Positions 26,929 to 36,513 of a stretch of 64,000 nucleotides of DNA are shown piece by piece (position 1 is the stretch's first letter; every line of letters begins with the position of its first letter). Under the pieces are notes generated by a model. It searched no databases. It was not told the DNA's origin and saw only the letters and a list, made by a program, of their open reading frames with translations. A program made the position numbers and the translations under genes. The stretch is from Armatimonadia bacterium (lineage in GTDB: Bacteria > Armatimonadota > Zipacnadia > Zipacnadales > UBA11051). The stretch is taken from positions 20,909 through 84,908 of the forward strand of contig JBDKRC010000245.1 of NCBI GenBank assembly GCA_039683575.1, read 5' to 3'.

Positions 26929-29900
26929 GTGCCATTTATACACCTCCATGTACACTCCAACTTCTCTTTACTCGACGGCGCTGCAACCGTCCATGAGTTG
27001 ACGCAGGCCGCCGCCGCGTTGGGCATGCCTGCACTTGCCCTGACCGATCACGACGGCCTCTACGGTGCCGTGAGGTTCTACCAGGCCGCCCAGGCCGCCG
27101 GAGTGAAGCCCATCATCGGCGTTGAGTTTACGCTTGAACCACTCACTTCCTCTCCATACTCCCCTCCCAATCCGCCCCCCACATCTCATCTCGTCTTGCT
27201 CGCGGAAGACAATGAGGGCTATAGCAATCTCTGTCGCCTTGTAACCGCCGCTCGTCTCGGGCAAGCACAATCCGCTGGCCCTTTTGCTCCTGAGTATGCA
27301 GCAGTTGATCGCGATCACCCGCTATTGTCTCAGGACAACCTGCGTCGACACTGTTCTCATCTTATCGCCCTGTCCGGATGCGAATGGGGGGAGGTGGCTC
27401 AGCTTCTGGAGCAGGGCCAGGTGGAGGCGGCACAGCGGGTAGCGCAGTACTACCAGGGGCTCTTCGGCCCAGGCAACTACTTCATCGAACTCCAGAACAT
27501 GCTACTGGCCCCACCGCGTCACCAACTGCGCTATGCCCTGGTGCAACTCGCCCAACGCCTGGGCTTGCCGGTAGTAGCCACTAACAACGTGCACTATGCC
27601 AATCAAGATCATGCTTGCCTGCAGGACGTGCTGGTCTGTATGCGACACAACAAGTGCGTCGATGAGAACCATCCCGAACGCAAGGCAAACTGGGAATACT
27701 CCCTAAAGTCTCCCGCCCAGATGGGAGAACTGTTCGCCGACCTGCCGCAGGCGTTGCAGGCAACCGAGGAGATTGCCGAACGCTGTCAGTGGCAATTGGA
27801 CCTCGGGCGCTATCACTTTCCCAAGTTCGATCTGAAAGCCTTGAGCGGCAACCACCGCTCCAGATATCCCTTGCCCGATCAAAGCGAAGACAGTCACTAC
27901 TACCTGCGCAAGTTGTGCTATGCCGGAGCCAAGTGGCGTTACGGTGACATAACTCCCGAGGTGGGGAAGAGGCTTGAATGCGAACTGGCGGTCATCGAAG
28001 ACAAGGGGCTCTGTGATTATTTTCTCATTGTCTGGGACATCGTCCGTTTTGCTCGTGAACGTGGCATTCGCGCGACCGGCCGAGGCTCTGCCGGCGATTC
28101 AATCGTCAGCTATGTCCTGGATTTGACCCACGCTGACCCTCTGGCCTACGATCTGCTGTTCGAACGTTTCCTCAACCCCGAGCGGCACGGCATGCCCGAC
28201 ATTGACATTGACTTCTGCGCCCGCCGCCGGGATGAAGTCACCGCCTATGTGTATGAGCGCTATGGTGCGAAGAGCGTGGCTGCTGTCTGTACCCTCAACA
28301 CCTTCCGAGCCCGCTCAGCCATTCGCGAGGTTGGCAAGGTCCTCGGCCTCGATGAAGCTGAGATGGGGCCGCTGGCGATGGCCTTCCCTTACATACGTGC
28401 TTCAAAGATTGAGGAAGCGGCATTGAAGCTTCCGGAGGTACGGGACTCCCCAGTTGATCTCTCAAACAAGGGGCTGCTAATCGAGCTCTGCCGGCAAATC
28501 AGCGGTTATCCCCGGCATCTGAGTGTCCATGTCGGTGGACTGGTAATCGGCCCCGAGCCGCTAACCAATATCATGCCCTTGGAGTTAGCGAACAAGGGCA
28601 TCGTCATCAGTGCCTTCGACAAAGATGACATTGAAGCCCTTGGAATGCTCAAGATGGACATCCTCGGGCTACGAATTCACACCGCGACGGAGGACTGTCT
28701 CGACCAGATCGAGCGGCGTACAGGGCAGCGTCTTGATATCGAGGCCTTGCCACTGGATGACGAAGCCACCTTCAAGCTCCTGCGCTCTACCAAAACCATC
28801 GGCCTCTTCCAAGTAGAAAGCCCCGGGCAGCGCAATTTGCTGGGGCGGGCGCAGCCGAAGCTGTTTGAGGAGATCATCGCCAACATCTCCCTCTTCCGAC
28901 CCGGCCCCGTGCAAGCCGAGATGATCAAGCCCTACATCGCCCGCAAGCACGGCCGCGAGCCGGTAACCTATCTTCATCCGGCGCTCGAACCAGTCCTGAA
29001 CAGCAGTTATGGGGTCATAATTTACCAGGAGCATGTGCTGCAGGTCGCGCAAGCCATCGCTGGCTTTACTCTGGGCCAGGGTGATCTGCTGCGCAGGGCA
29101 ATGACCACTGACCGCTCGTACAAGGAAATGGAGAAGCTGCGCGAGCAGTTCATTGCTGGAGCGGTTGGCCAGGGCATCGATTACTTCGTGGCTGACCGCA
29201 TCTTCGATGACATTGCGGGTTTTGCAGGCTATGGCTTTAACAAGGCCCATGGCGCCTGCTTTGCCCGCATAACCTATCAGACCGCCTATCTCAAAGCGCA
29301 TTACCCGGCCGAGTTCCTGGCCGGTATTCTCTCAGCCCAACCCATGGGCTTTTATCCCCCGCGTACCATAGCAGAGGAGGCTAAACGTCTCGGCATCGCC
29401 ATACTTCCCCCCTGCGTAAATCGCAGTGAAGCCACCTATAGTGTTGAGACTACCGACCGCTTTTCAAAGGTCGGTTCCGATACCCGTGGGGCCAGTGCTC
29501 GTACTCGCTCTGGCCTCGCCATTCGAGTCGGCCTCCGCCTGATCTATGGCATGAGTGAAGCTGCCATGCATTCAATCCTGAGCGCTCGGCAGCAGAATGG
29601 CAGCTTTCGCTCTCTCCGCGACTTCTGCCAGCGTACCTCCGTACCCCGGCCGCTTGTTGAAAACCTCATCCTCGCCCGCGCCTTCGACTTTACCGGCCTC
29701 TCGCCGTCGCAACTGATGTGGACTGTCTCTGCCTTGCCGCAAAATGCCGTCGCCGACCAACGCGGCCGGCACCGGGCGCAGGGCCTCGATTTTGCGGAGA
29801 CGGAACTGGTCGCCGAGGAGCTTCCTCCGCTGGATCCAGAAACCCCGCTGCAGCGCGTGGCCCTGGATCTGCACCTGCTGGGCTTGAGTACCACGATTCA

Positions 29901-30312
29901 TCCCTTTGATTTCTGGCGCGACGAAGTCAGACGGCGCGGCGTCATTCCCAGTACCGACCTGTACCGGCACAAAGATGGTGATCGCGTGCGCATCGCAGGT
30001 ATCGTGGTGGCACGGGCGCGACCGCCAACCAAGAGCGGGCGAACCGCAATCTTCGTCTGTCTCGAGGATGAGCGTGGCTTGGTGGATGCTGCCGTGTTCG
30101 ATGACTGCTATCAGCGCCACGGCCGCGCCATTGTCTCCTCTCCGGTACTCATGATCGAGGGTAAGCTCAGCCGCATGGGCAAACTCGACCTTTCTGTAAT
30201 CGCCGATAAGGTCGAAGCCCTCCCGCGCTGGGAAGAGCTGCGCGCCCCGATCAATAACGGAGACGAACGTGATGCCAACTACATCTTCCCTACAAAGAAT
30301 TGGGGACAATAA
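26929..30312 (+). CDS. dnaE2: DNA polymerase III alpha subunit, error-prone DnaE2 type
   Basis: HLHVHS..SLLDG and TDH PHP motifs, GRGSA, PDIDIDF, KMDILGL, FQVESPGQ, QPMGFY, OB-fold RPPTKSG..F..LED; SOS box upstream. Confidence 0.85.
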   Translation: MPFIHLHVHSNFSLLDGAATVHELTQAAAALGMPALALTDHDGLYGAVRFYQAAQAAGVKPIIGVEFTLEPLTSSPYSPPNPPPTSHLVLLAEDNEGYSNLCRLVTAARLGQAQSAGPFAPEYAAVDRDHPLLSQDNLRRHCSHLIALSGCEWGEVAQLLEQGQVEAAQRVAQYYQGLFGPGNYFIELQNMLLAPPRHQLRYALVQLAQRLGLPVVATNNVHYANQDHACLQDVLVCMRHNKCVDENHPERKANWEYSLKSPAQMGELFADLPQALQATEEIAERCQWQLDLGRYHFPKFDLKALSGNHRSRYPLPDQSEDSHYYLRKLCYAGAKWRYGDITPEVGKRLECELAVIEDKGLCDYFLIVWDIVRFARERGIRATGRGSAGDSIVSYVLDLTHADPLAYDLLFERFLNPERHGMPDIDIDFCARRRDEVTAYVYERYGAKSVAAVCTLNTFRARSAIREVGKVLGLDEAEMGPLAMAFPYIRASKIEEAALKLPEVRDSPVDLSNKGLLIELCRQISGYPRHLSVHVGGLVIGPEPLTNIMPLELANKGIVISAFDKDDIEALGMLKMDILGLRIHTATEDCLDQIERRTGQRLDIEALPLDDEATFKLLRSTKTIGLFQVESPGQRNLLGRAQPKLFEEIIANISLFRPGPVQAEMIKPYIARKHGREPVTYLHPALEPVLNSSYGVIIYQEHVLQVAQAIAGFTLGQGDLLRRAMTTDRSYKEMEKLREQFIAGAVGQGIDYFVADRIFDDIAGFAGYGFNKAHGACFARITYQTAYLKAHYPAEFLAGILSAQPMGFYPPRTIAEEAKRLGIAILPPCVNRSEATYSVETTDRFSKVGSDTRGASARTRSGLAIRVGLRLIYGMSEAAMHSILSARQQNGSFRSLRDFCQRTSVPRPLVENLILARAFDFTGLSPSQLMWTVSALPQNAVADQRGRHRAQGLDFAETELVAEELPPLDPETPLQRVALDLHLLGLSTTIHPFDFWRDEVRRRGVIPSTDLYRHKDGDRVRIAGIVVARARPPTKSGRTAIFVCLEDERGLVDAAVFDDCYQRHGRAIVSSPVLMIEGKLSRMGKLDLSVIADKVEALPRWEELRAPINNGDERDANYIFPTKNWGQ

Positions 30313-30383
30313 CAACCGGCCCACCTGCTCTCTCGCACGCCTCTACAGCAGGATTGCCATTCTTCCCTGTCGAAGTTGCCTCC

Positions 30384-30860
30384 ATGTTCCCCTGGCGGCG
30401 TCCCCGTGACAACTGGCTACAGGACCTCATTCGCTCCCTGGAAAGCCTCCTGTTCACCCCAGCACATTCTGACGCCCCCCTCGCCAACTCTCCGCGTGCG
30501 AAGGGCACTCGCGCCGAGAATCTCGCCTGTGAGCACCTACGCCGCCAGGGCTACCGGATCCTCGAACGCAACTGGACCTGTCCCCGCGGCGAACTGGACA
30601 TCATTGCCAGCCGTGATGGCCGGCTGGTCATTACTGAGGTGAAGTCAGGCAAAGCTGACGCTCATTTCCGCCCCTCAATGCACATCAACCCCGCCAAGCA
30701 GCGTCAACTATGGAAGCTCACCGAGCAGTACCTCAAGAAGCACCACCTCCTCGGCACCGCCGTGCAGCTTGATGTGATCGAAGTAATATACGAGCCAGAT
30801 GGCTCTCACCGCCTCGAACACCTGCAATCTGCAGTCCCCGACATCCGCAACTGGCGCTGA
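30384..30860 (+). CDS. YraN family protein (UPF0102)
   Basis: G.RAENLACEHL...GYRILERNW....GELDII, EVK, DVIEV. Confidence 0.88.
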   Translation: MFPWRRPRDNWLQDLIRSLESLLFTPAHSDAPLANSPRAKGTRAENLACEHLRRQGYRILERNWTCPRGELDIIASRDGRLVITEVKSGKADAHFRPSMHINPAKQRQLWKLTEQYLKKHHLLGTAVQLDVIEVIYEPDGSHRLEHLQSAVPDIRNWR

Positions 30861-30877
30861 CCAGCAAGCCCCTGCCC

Positions 30878-30906
30878 TTGACAGACTGCCACTGGAAACC
30901 TACACT
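30878..30906 (+). promoter_or_regulatory. Sigma70 promoter for leuCD
   Basis: TTGACA-17 bp-TACACT. Confidence 0.7.
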
Positions 30907-31001
30907 CACATTACAGGCTCCCGACATTCAGGGAGCCTGCACTTGTCCCTGTGCAGGCCAATACGGCTGCCGATGACCGCCGCCATTCGATGAGGTATCC
31001 C

Positions 31002-32255
31002 ATGACCATCACGGAGAAACTCCTGGCCCGCGCTGCTGGGCTGAAAAGCTGCAAACCCGGCGACTTTGTCACCTGCAAGCTCGACCTCGTGCTGGCCAAC
31101 GACATTACCGCCCCCATCGCCATCGACCAGTTCCGTGAAATCGGTGCCGCAGACGTTTTCGATAAGACCAAAGTCGCACTGGTGGCCGATCATTCGACCC
31201 CCACCAAGGACATCAAGGCGGCGCAACTGGTCAAGAAGATGCGCGACTTTGCCGCCGAGATGGGCATCACCAACTTCTATGAGGGCTGCCACGGCGGCAT
31301 CGAGCACATCATCCTGCCCGATTTTGGCCTGGTGCTGCCTGGCGACGTGGTGATCGGCGCGGACAGCCACACCTGCACATACGGCGCCCTGGGCGCTTTC
31401 TCAACCGGAGTGGGCTCGACCGACGCCGGCGCGGCCATGGCCACCGGTGAGATCTGGTTCCGGGTGCCCGAGAGCATGCGCTTCTCCTTCACCGGAAAGC
31501 CGGGCAAGTGGGTCACAGGCAAGGACCTGATCCTTTACACCATCGGCAAGATCGGCGTAGATGGCGCGCGTTACCGTGCCATGGAGTTCGTCGGAGACAC
31601 GATTGAGAACCTGCCGATGCACGAGCGCTTCACCATCTGCAACATGGCAATCGAGGCCGGCGGCAAGTCGGGGATAATTGCGCCGGATGCCACCACCGAA
31701 GCCTGGGTCAAGTCGCGGGCGAAGCGGGATTACGTCATGCTGCAGAGCGATCCGGACGCGCAGTATGCCAAGAGCTTCGACTGGAAGACCGCCGACATTG
31801 AACCGCAGGTAGCTTTCCCGCACCTGCCCGAGAACGCGAAGGGCATCTCTGAGGTGGGGGAGATCACCGTTGACCAAGCGGTTGTAGGCGCGTGCACGAA
31901 TGGCCGTCTGGAGGACCTGCGGCTGGCTGCGGAGGTCTTCAAAGGCCGCAAAGTGGACCCGAAGGTTCGCTGCATCATCATCCCCGGCAGCCAGGAAATC
32001 CATCTGCAGGCGACGCGCGAGGGCCTGGTGGAACTGTTCCTGGAAGCTGGCTGTGTCTTCAGCCCGCCGACCTGCGGACCATGCCTGGGTGGCCACATGG
32101 GCATCCTGGCCGACTACGAACGCGCCATCGCGACCACGAACCGCAATTTCGTCGGTCGCATGGGCCACGTTACGAGCGAGGTATACCTGGCAAACCCGGC
32201 AATCACGGCGGCCAGCGCCATCCTGGGGCGGATCGGCAGCCCGGACGAGTTGTAG
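31002..32255 (+). CDS. leuC: 3-isopropylmalate dehydratase large subunit (type 2/homoaconitase-like)
   Basis: MTITEK, GADSHTCTYGA, GACTNGR, CGPCLG, TTNRNFVGRMG. Confidence 0.92.
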   Translation: MTITEKLLARAAGLKSCKPGDFVTCKLDLVLANDITAPIAIDQFREIGAADVFDKTKVALVADHSTPTKDIKAAQLVKKMRDFAAEMGITNFYEGCHGGIEHIILPDFGLVLPGDVVIGADSHTCTYGALGAFSTGVGSTDAGAAMATGEIWFRVPESMRFSFTGKPGKWVTGKDLILYTIGKIGVDGARYRAMEFVGDTIENLPMHERFTICNMAIEAGGKSGIIAPDATTEAWVKSRAKRDYVMLQSDPDAQYAKSFDWKTADIEPQVAFPHLPENAKGISEVGEITVDQAVVGACTNGRLEDLRLAAEVFKGRKVDPKVRCIIIPGSQEIHLQATREGLVELFLEAGCVFSPPTCGPCLGGHMGILADYERAIATTNRNFVGRMGHVTSEVYLANPAITAASAILGRIGSPDEL

Positions 32256-32289
32256 GCCCGCAGCACGAACCTATTCAGGAGATGATTCC

Positions 32290-32787
32290 ATGTCCCTAAC
32301 GGGTACAGCACATAAATTCGGCGACCATGTCGACACCGACGTCATCATTCCGGCGCGGTATCTCGGCACAACCGACCCGCTCGAACTGGCGTCTCACTGC
32401 ATGGAAGACATCGACACGGAATTCATCAAGAAGGTCAAGCCAGGCGATGTCATCGTCGCCGGGCGGAACTTCGGCTGCGGGTCCTCACGTGAGCATGCGC
32501 CGATCTCGATCAAGGCGGCGGGCGTCTCTGTGGTAATCGCCGCGACTTTTGCCCGCATCTTCTACCGCAATGCTCTAAATATCGGCCTGCCTATCATCGA
32601 GTCTCCCGAGGCTGCGGCAGGCATCAACTCCGGCGATCAGGTCGAGGTTGACCTGGAAGCTGGCAACATCAAGAACCTGACGACAGGCGCCGAATTCAGC
32701 TTCGCGCCCCTCGTCGGCGCAGCCCAGGACCTGATCCGGGCCGGCGGCCTCGTTGAACTCACTCGGGCCAAGCTCGCCGCACGCTAG
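32290..32787 (+). CDS. leuD: 3-isopropylmalate dehydratase small subunit
   Basis: [38 protein letters not shown] after AGGAG. Confidence 0.92.
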   Translation: MSLTGTAHKFGDHVDTDVIIPARYLGTTDPLELASHCMEDIDTEFIKKVKPGDVIVAGRNFGCGSSREHAPISIKAAGVSVVIAATFARIFYRNALNIGLPIIESPEAAAGINSGDQVEVDLEAGNIKNLTTGAEFSFAPLVGAAQDLIRAGGLVELTRAKLAAR

Positions 32788-32857
32788 GAAGCCCGTTCCG
32801 CATAGTCTGAGATCACTCCGAATTAGCCTCCAATGGGAAAGTGGAGAACTGGTTGCT

Positions 32858-34231
32858 ATGGCCTTACCTGTAGTTGCAATAGTCGGTCGTACCAATGTCG
32901 GGAAATCATCCCTGTTCAACCGCCTTGTCGGCCGTAAGCTGGCGGTGGTAGAGGACTTCCCCGGCGTCACTCGTGATCGCCTGTATGCCGAAGCGGAGCT
33001 GGACATTCGTCCGGTCCTGCTCATCGACACTGGCGGCATAGTCGGCGGCGAGGGCGACGAGCTCTTCGCCCGCGTCAAAGACCAGGCTGCGGTGGCCCTT
33101 AGCCAGGCTGATGCTATCATCATGCTTGTGGACGGCCCGGAAGGCCCCACCGCGCTCGATCACGAAGTCGCTGATATCGTTCGTCGCTCCGGCAAGCCTT
33201 ACGTGCTGGCCGCCAACAAGATGGAGAAGACCTCGATGGACTCTGAGGCCTTCGCTGACCTGCGTCTGGGCCTGCCCATCGACGTCTCGGCCATTCACGG
33301 CCGCGGGCTGCAGGAGTTGGTGGAGGAAGTAGAGGATCTCCTCCCGCCGCCGGAGCCGGAAGAGGTTGATGAGCGCAAAGAACTCGCGATAGCCATCGTT
33401 GGCCGACCGAATGTCGGCAAGTCCGCGCTGACCAACGCCATTCTGGGGGAAGAGCGCGTCATCGTCAGTGACATCCCCGGTACCACCCGCGACTCCGTCG
33501 ATAGCCTCTTTGAGCACAAGGGCGAAATGTGGCGGCTCATCGACACCGCGGGCCTTCGCCGCCGCGGCAAGCGAGTCGACACCGAGTTCTTCTCAAGCCT
33601 GCGCACGCTCAAGTCTCTCTCGCGCGCGGATGTCGCCCTGGCACTGATCGATGCCTATGAAGGCCCCAGTGCGCAGGACGCCCGCGTCGCAGGTGAAGCA
33701 CACGAAGCCGGTCGCGCTCTCGTTATCGTCGCCAACAAATGGGACCTGCTGAAGCAGTATGCGCAGCCCGACGAAGAGCATCCCGAACTCGATCCAGTCA
33801 AGGCTGAGAAGACGCTCAAGAAGGACATGGAGCGCCTGATCGAGCAGGAGATGCCCTTCGCAAGCTACGTGCCGATCATGTTCACCTCGGCAGCGTCCGG
33901 AGAAGGCATACATGAGCTACTTGGGATGGTCCGGACGGTCGCCGACAATTTCCATCGCCGCATCGAGACCGGGAAGCTCAACCGCACGATTCGCGACGCC
34001 ATGGCCCGCCATGCCCCGCCTACGCGCAAGGGCAAGCAACTGAAGATACTCTACTGCACCCAGGTGCGAACAGGGCCGCCGACTTTCGCGCTGTTTGTGA
34101 ACAACCCGCAACTCATGCACCTATCGTATGAGCGTTACCTTGTGAATGTCCTTCGCAGCGAGTATGACTTCACTGGCACGCCGATCAAGCTGCTGGTGCG
34201 AGCCCGCCGCCGGGAGGAGGATGACCGCTGA
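32858..34231 (+). CDS. der: Ribosome biogenesis GTPase Der (EngA)
   Basis: Two G-domains (GRTNVGKS, GRPNVGKS; DTGG/DTAG; NKxx) and KH-like C-terminus. Confidence 0.96.
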   Translation: MALPVVAIVGRTNVGKSSLFNRLVGRKLAVVEDFPGVTRDRLYAEAELDIRPVLLIDTGGIVGGEGDELFARVKDQAAVALSQADAIIMLVDGPEGPTALDHEVADIVRRSGKPYVLAANKMEKTSMDSEAFADLRLGLPIDVSAIHGRGLQELVEEVEDLLPPPEPEEVDERKELAIAIVGRPNVGKSALTNAILGEERVIVSDIPGTTRDSVDSLFEHKGEMWRLIDTAGLRRRGKRVDTEFFSSLRTLKSLSRADVALALIDAYEGPSAQDARVAGEAHEAGRALVIVANKWDLLKQYAQPDEEHPELDPVKAEKTLKKDMERLIEQEMPFASYVPIMFTSAASGEGIHELLGMVRTVADNFHRRIETGKLNRTIRDAMARHAPPTRKGKQLKILYCTQVRTGPPTFALFVNNPQLMHLSYERYLVNVLRSEYDFTGTPIKLLVRARRREEDDR

Positions 34232-34863
34232 GCCAACAAGCTGTCGCCATCATCGCAATCATCGGCGCCTACCTCTTTGGTGGCACTCCCATCGGCCTGC
34301 TGGTCGGTCGCGCCAAGGGCATTGACGACATCCGCAAGTACGGCAGCGGCAACATCGGTGCCAGTAACGTCCTCCGCGTCATCGGCGTCAAAGCCGGCCT
34401 CCTCGTATGGCTCACCGACGCTCTCAAGGGTTTCATTCCCGTTGCCATTGCCGCATGGGTCCTGCACCTGGGCGGTTGGTGGCTGGCCGGCGTCGCCGTG
34501 GCAGCCATCGTCGGCCACTGCTTCTCCATCTATCTTCGCTTCACGGGCGGGCGTGGTGTCTCTACGAGCCTCGGCGTCATCATCGGCCTCGACTGGCGCG
34601 TCGGTCTGATCTGTTTCGCTGCCTGGATCATCATCGTCGCCATCACCCGCTATATCTCCCTGGGGTCAATGGTCGGTTGCGCGCTCTCCGTCCCGATCAT
34701 GTGGCTGTTGGGCCGTGAAGTCTTCCTCATTGTGGCCTGTGTGGCCATCGCTCTTATCGTCATCTGGCGACACACTCCCAATATCCAGCGCCTTCTGGCC
34801 GGCACTGAGCGCAAGATCGGTCACAAGGAACAGGTTCCCCCGGCAGGCGATCAGCAATCGTGA
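34228..34863 (+). CDS. plsY: Glycerol-3-phosphate acyltransferase PlsY, probable CTG start
   Basis: Frame reads LSQQAVAIIAIIGAYLFGGTPIG..DIRKYGSGNIGASNVLR..DALKG..GHCFS..GGRGV..RHTPNIQRL; in-frame TGA at 34222; GGAGG 7 nt upstream of CTG. Confidence 0.9.
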   Translation: MSQQAVAIIAIIGAYLFGGTPIGLLVGRAKGIDDIRKYGSGNIGASNVLRVIGVKAGLLVWLTDALKGFIPVAIAAWVLHLGGWWLAGVAVAAIVGHCFSIYLRFTGGRGVSTSLGVIIGLDWRVGLICFAAWIIIVAITRYISLGSMVGCALSVPIMWLLGREVFLIVACVAIALIVIWRHTPNIQRLLAGTERKIGHKEQVPPAGDQQS

Positions 34864-35873
34864 GTAGCGAGCATCTTGACGTAGCCGTACTCGGTACAGG
34901 CGCCTGGGGCACCACCCTTGCCTGCCTTCTGGCCAGAAACGGGCATCCCGTCCGTTTGTGGGCGCGTCGGCCTGATTTTGCGCAGCAGCTCGCACGGGAC
35001 CGTGAGAACCGGCAGTATCTTCCCGGCGCCATCTTCCCTGCTGACTTGCGGGTATTCGATGACCTTGCCGCGGCCCTGGCCGGTGTCTCCACCGTCATCA
35101 TGGCAGCCCCCTCGCATGGCCTGCGTGACATCGCCGGCCAGGCCCTGCCACACCTCTGCACCCGCCCACTTCTCATCTGCGCCACCAAAGGCCTCGAGCA
35201 GCCCCACGGTACGCGCATGAGTGAGGTCCTGGTTCAAGTGCTGAGCTCCAAGCAGCCGCGCCTCGTTGCACTCTCCGGCCCCAACCTCTCCGCCGAGATC
35301 ATCGCCGGAGAACCTGCAGTCAGCGTAGCCGCTTCCGCGGACCACGAGGCTGCTTTGGAAGCCCAGAGGCTGCTGTCAAATCCCCACTTTCGTGTTTACA
35401 CCAATTCTGATATAATAGGCGTCGAATTATGTGGGGCGATGAAGAACACCATCGCCATCGGGGCTGGTATCAGCGACGGCCTCGGCTACGGTAACAATGC
35501 CAAAGCAGCGCTGATTACCCGTGGCATGGCTGAGATCAGTCGCCTGGGCCTGCAGTTGGGAGCCCGCGCTGCCACCTTCGCCGGCATCGCCGGCATCGGT
35601 GACCTTATCGCAACCTGCCACAGTCCCCATAGCCGCAATTGGACAGTGGGCTACCGGCTCGGCCAGGGCGAGAAGCCCGGCCAGATAACCGGCAGCATGC
35701 GCAGTGTCGCCGAGGGCATCTTCACCACCGCTGCCGCTCGTGACAAGGCCCGGCAGGTAGGTGTTGAGGTCCCCATCACCGAAACTGTCTATCAGGTGCT
35801 GCAGGAACGGCTCGCTCCTGCCGACGGTGTCAACTCACTCATGACGCGCAAATGGCGCGCTGAAGATGAATGA
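34860..35873 (+). CDS. gpsA: NAD(P)H-dependent glycerol-3-phosphate dehydrogenase
   Basis: GTGAWGT, TKGLE, SGPN, GAMKN, GDLIATC, SRN. Confidence 0.95.
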   Translation: MSSEHLDVAVLGTGAWGTTLACLLARNGHPVRLWARRPDFAQQLARDRENRQYLPGAIFPADLRVFDDLAAALAGVSTVIMAAPSHGLRDIAGQALPHLCTRPLLICATKGLEQPHGTRMSEVLVQVLSSKQPRLVALSGPNLSAEIIAGEPAVSVAASADHEAALEAQRLLSNPHFRVYTNSDIIGVELCGAMKNTIAIGAGISDGLGYGNNAKAALITRGMAEISRLGLQLGARAATFAGIAGIGDLIATCHSPHSRNWTVGYRLGQGEKPGQITGSMRSVAEGIFTTAAARDKARQVGVEVPITETVYQVLQERLAPADGVNSLMTRKWRAEDE

Positions 35874-35976
35874 CACGGCCGATGAAGGTGAGGATGCCGC
35901 ACGCGTCGAATGGCCGCCTCATACGAGTTGTACCAGCCGGGTGTGATGAACACCCAATCACTCGGGAGGGTCTCCG

Positions 35977-36261
35977 ATGGCGGCAATAATGGGCAAGTCC
36001 GATCTGGTAGACATGGTCGCTGAAAAGACCGGCCTCTCAAAGAAAGACTCAGCAGCAGCTTTGGACGCCGCAATCGCCGGCGTCATCTCCTCGCTCAAGC
36101 GCGGAGACAAGGTGCAGTTGACAGGCTTTGGCTCGTTCGAAGTGCGTGAGCGCAAGGCTCGCAAGGGCAAGAACCTCCGCACCAACGAGACGATTGACAT
36201 CACGGCCAGCAAGGTACCAGCCTTCAAAGCCGGCAAAGGGTTCAAGGACGCCGTCAAATAA
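35977..36261 (+). CDS. hup: DNA-binding protein HU
   Basis: [31 protein letters not shown]. Confidence 0.93.
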   Translation: MAAIMGKSDLVDMVAEKTGLSKKDSAAALDAAIAGVISSLKRGDKVQLTGFGSFEVRERKARKGKNLRTNETIDITASKVPAFKAGKGFKDAVK

Positions 36262-36357
36262 CCAATATGTAGGCTCTGGGAACAGATCCTTCCCCCGCAG
36301 CGTTTCACATGCTGTACGCTGTTCGGATCACGGTTGCCCAGTAGCCGGAACCAATGT

Positions 36358-36435
36358 CGGGGCGTGGCGCAGTTTGGTTAGCGCGTTGGTCTGGGGGACC
36401 AAAGGTCGCTGGTTCGAGTCCAGTCGCCCCGACCA
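36358..36435 (+). tRNA. tRNA-Pro (GGG)
   Basis: Acceptor CGGGGCG/CGCCCCG, anticodon arm TTGGT-CTGGGGG-ACCAA, GGTTCGAGTCC T-arm, 3' ACCA. Confidence 0.97.
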
Positions 36436-36450
36436 CAGTCTTCTCCCCTC

Positions 36451-36482
36451 GTTACGCCCAGGTCATCTGTCCTGGGCGTAAC
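36451..36482 (+). terminator. Hairpin downstream of tRNA-Pro
   Basis: GTTACGCCCAGG-N8-CCTGGGCGTAAC, weak T-tract. Confidence 0.55.
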
Positions 36483-36513
36483 GTCTTTGCGTCCAACCCC
36501 TACAGGAGCCACC

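Noticed and set aside
31900-32289. N-terminal extension of LeuD (295-aa ORF)
   Set aside because: Overlaps leuC in another frame; real start at 32290 has an RBS and LeuD motifs begin there
34221-34497. plsY as a frameshifted pseudogene
   Set aside because: One frame is intact from 34228 to the stop; an alternative start codon explains it
36358-36513. tRNA-Pro as an integration site for an island
   Set aside because: No integrase and no duplicated tRNA 3' end seen in the window
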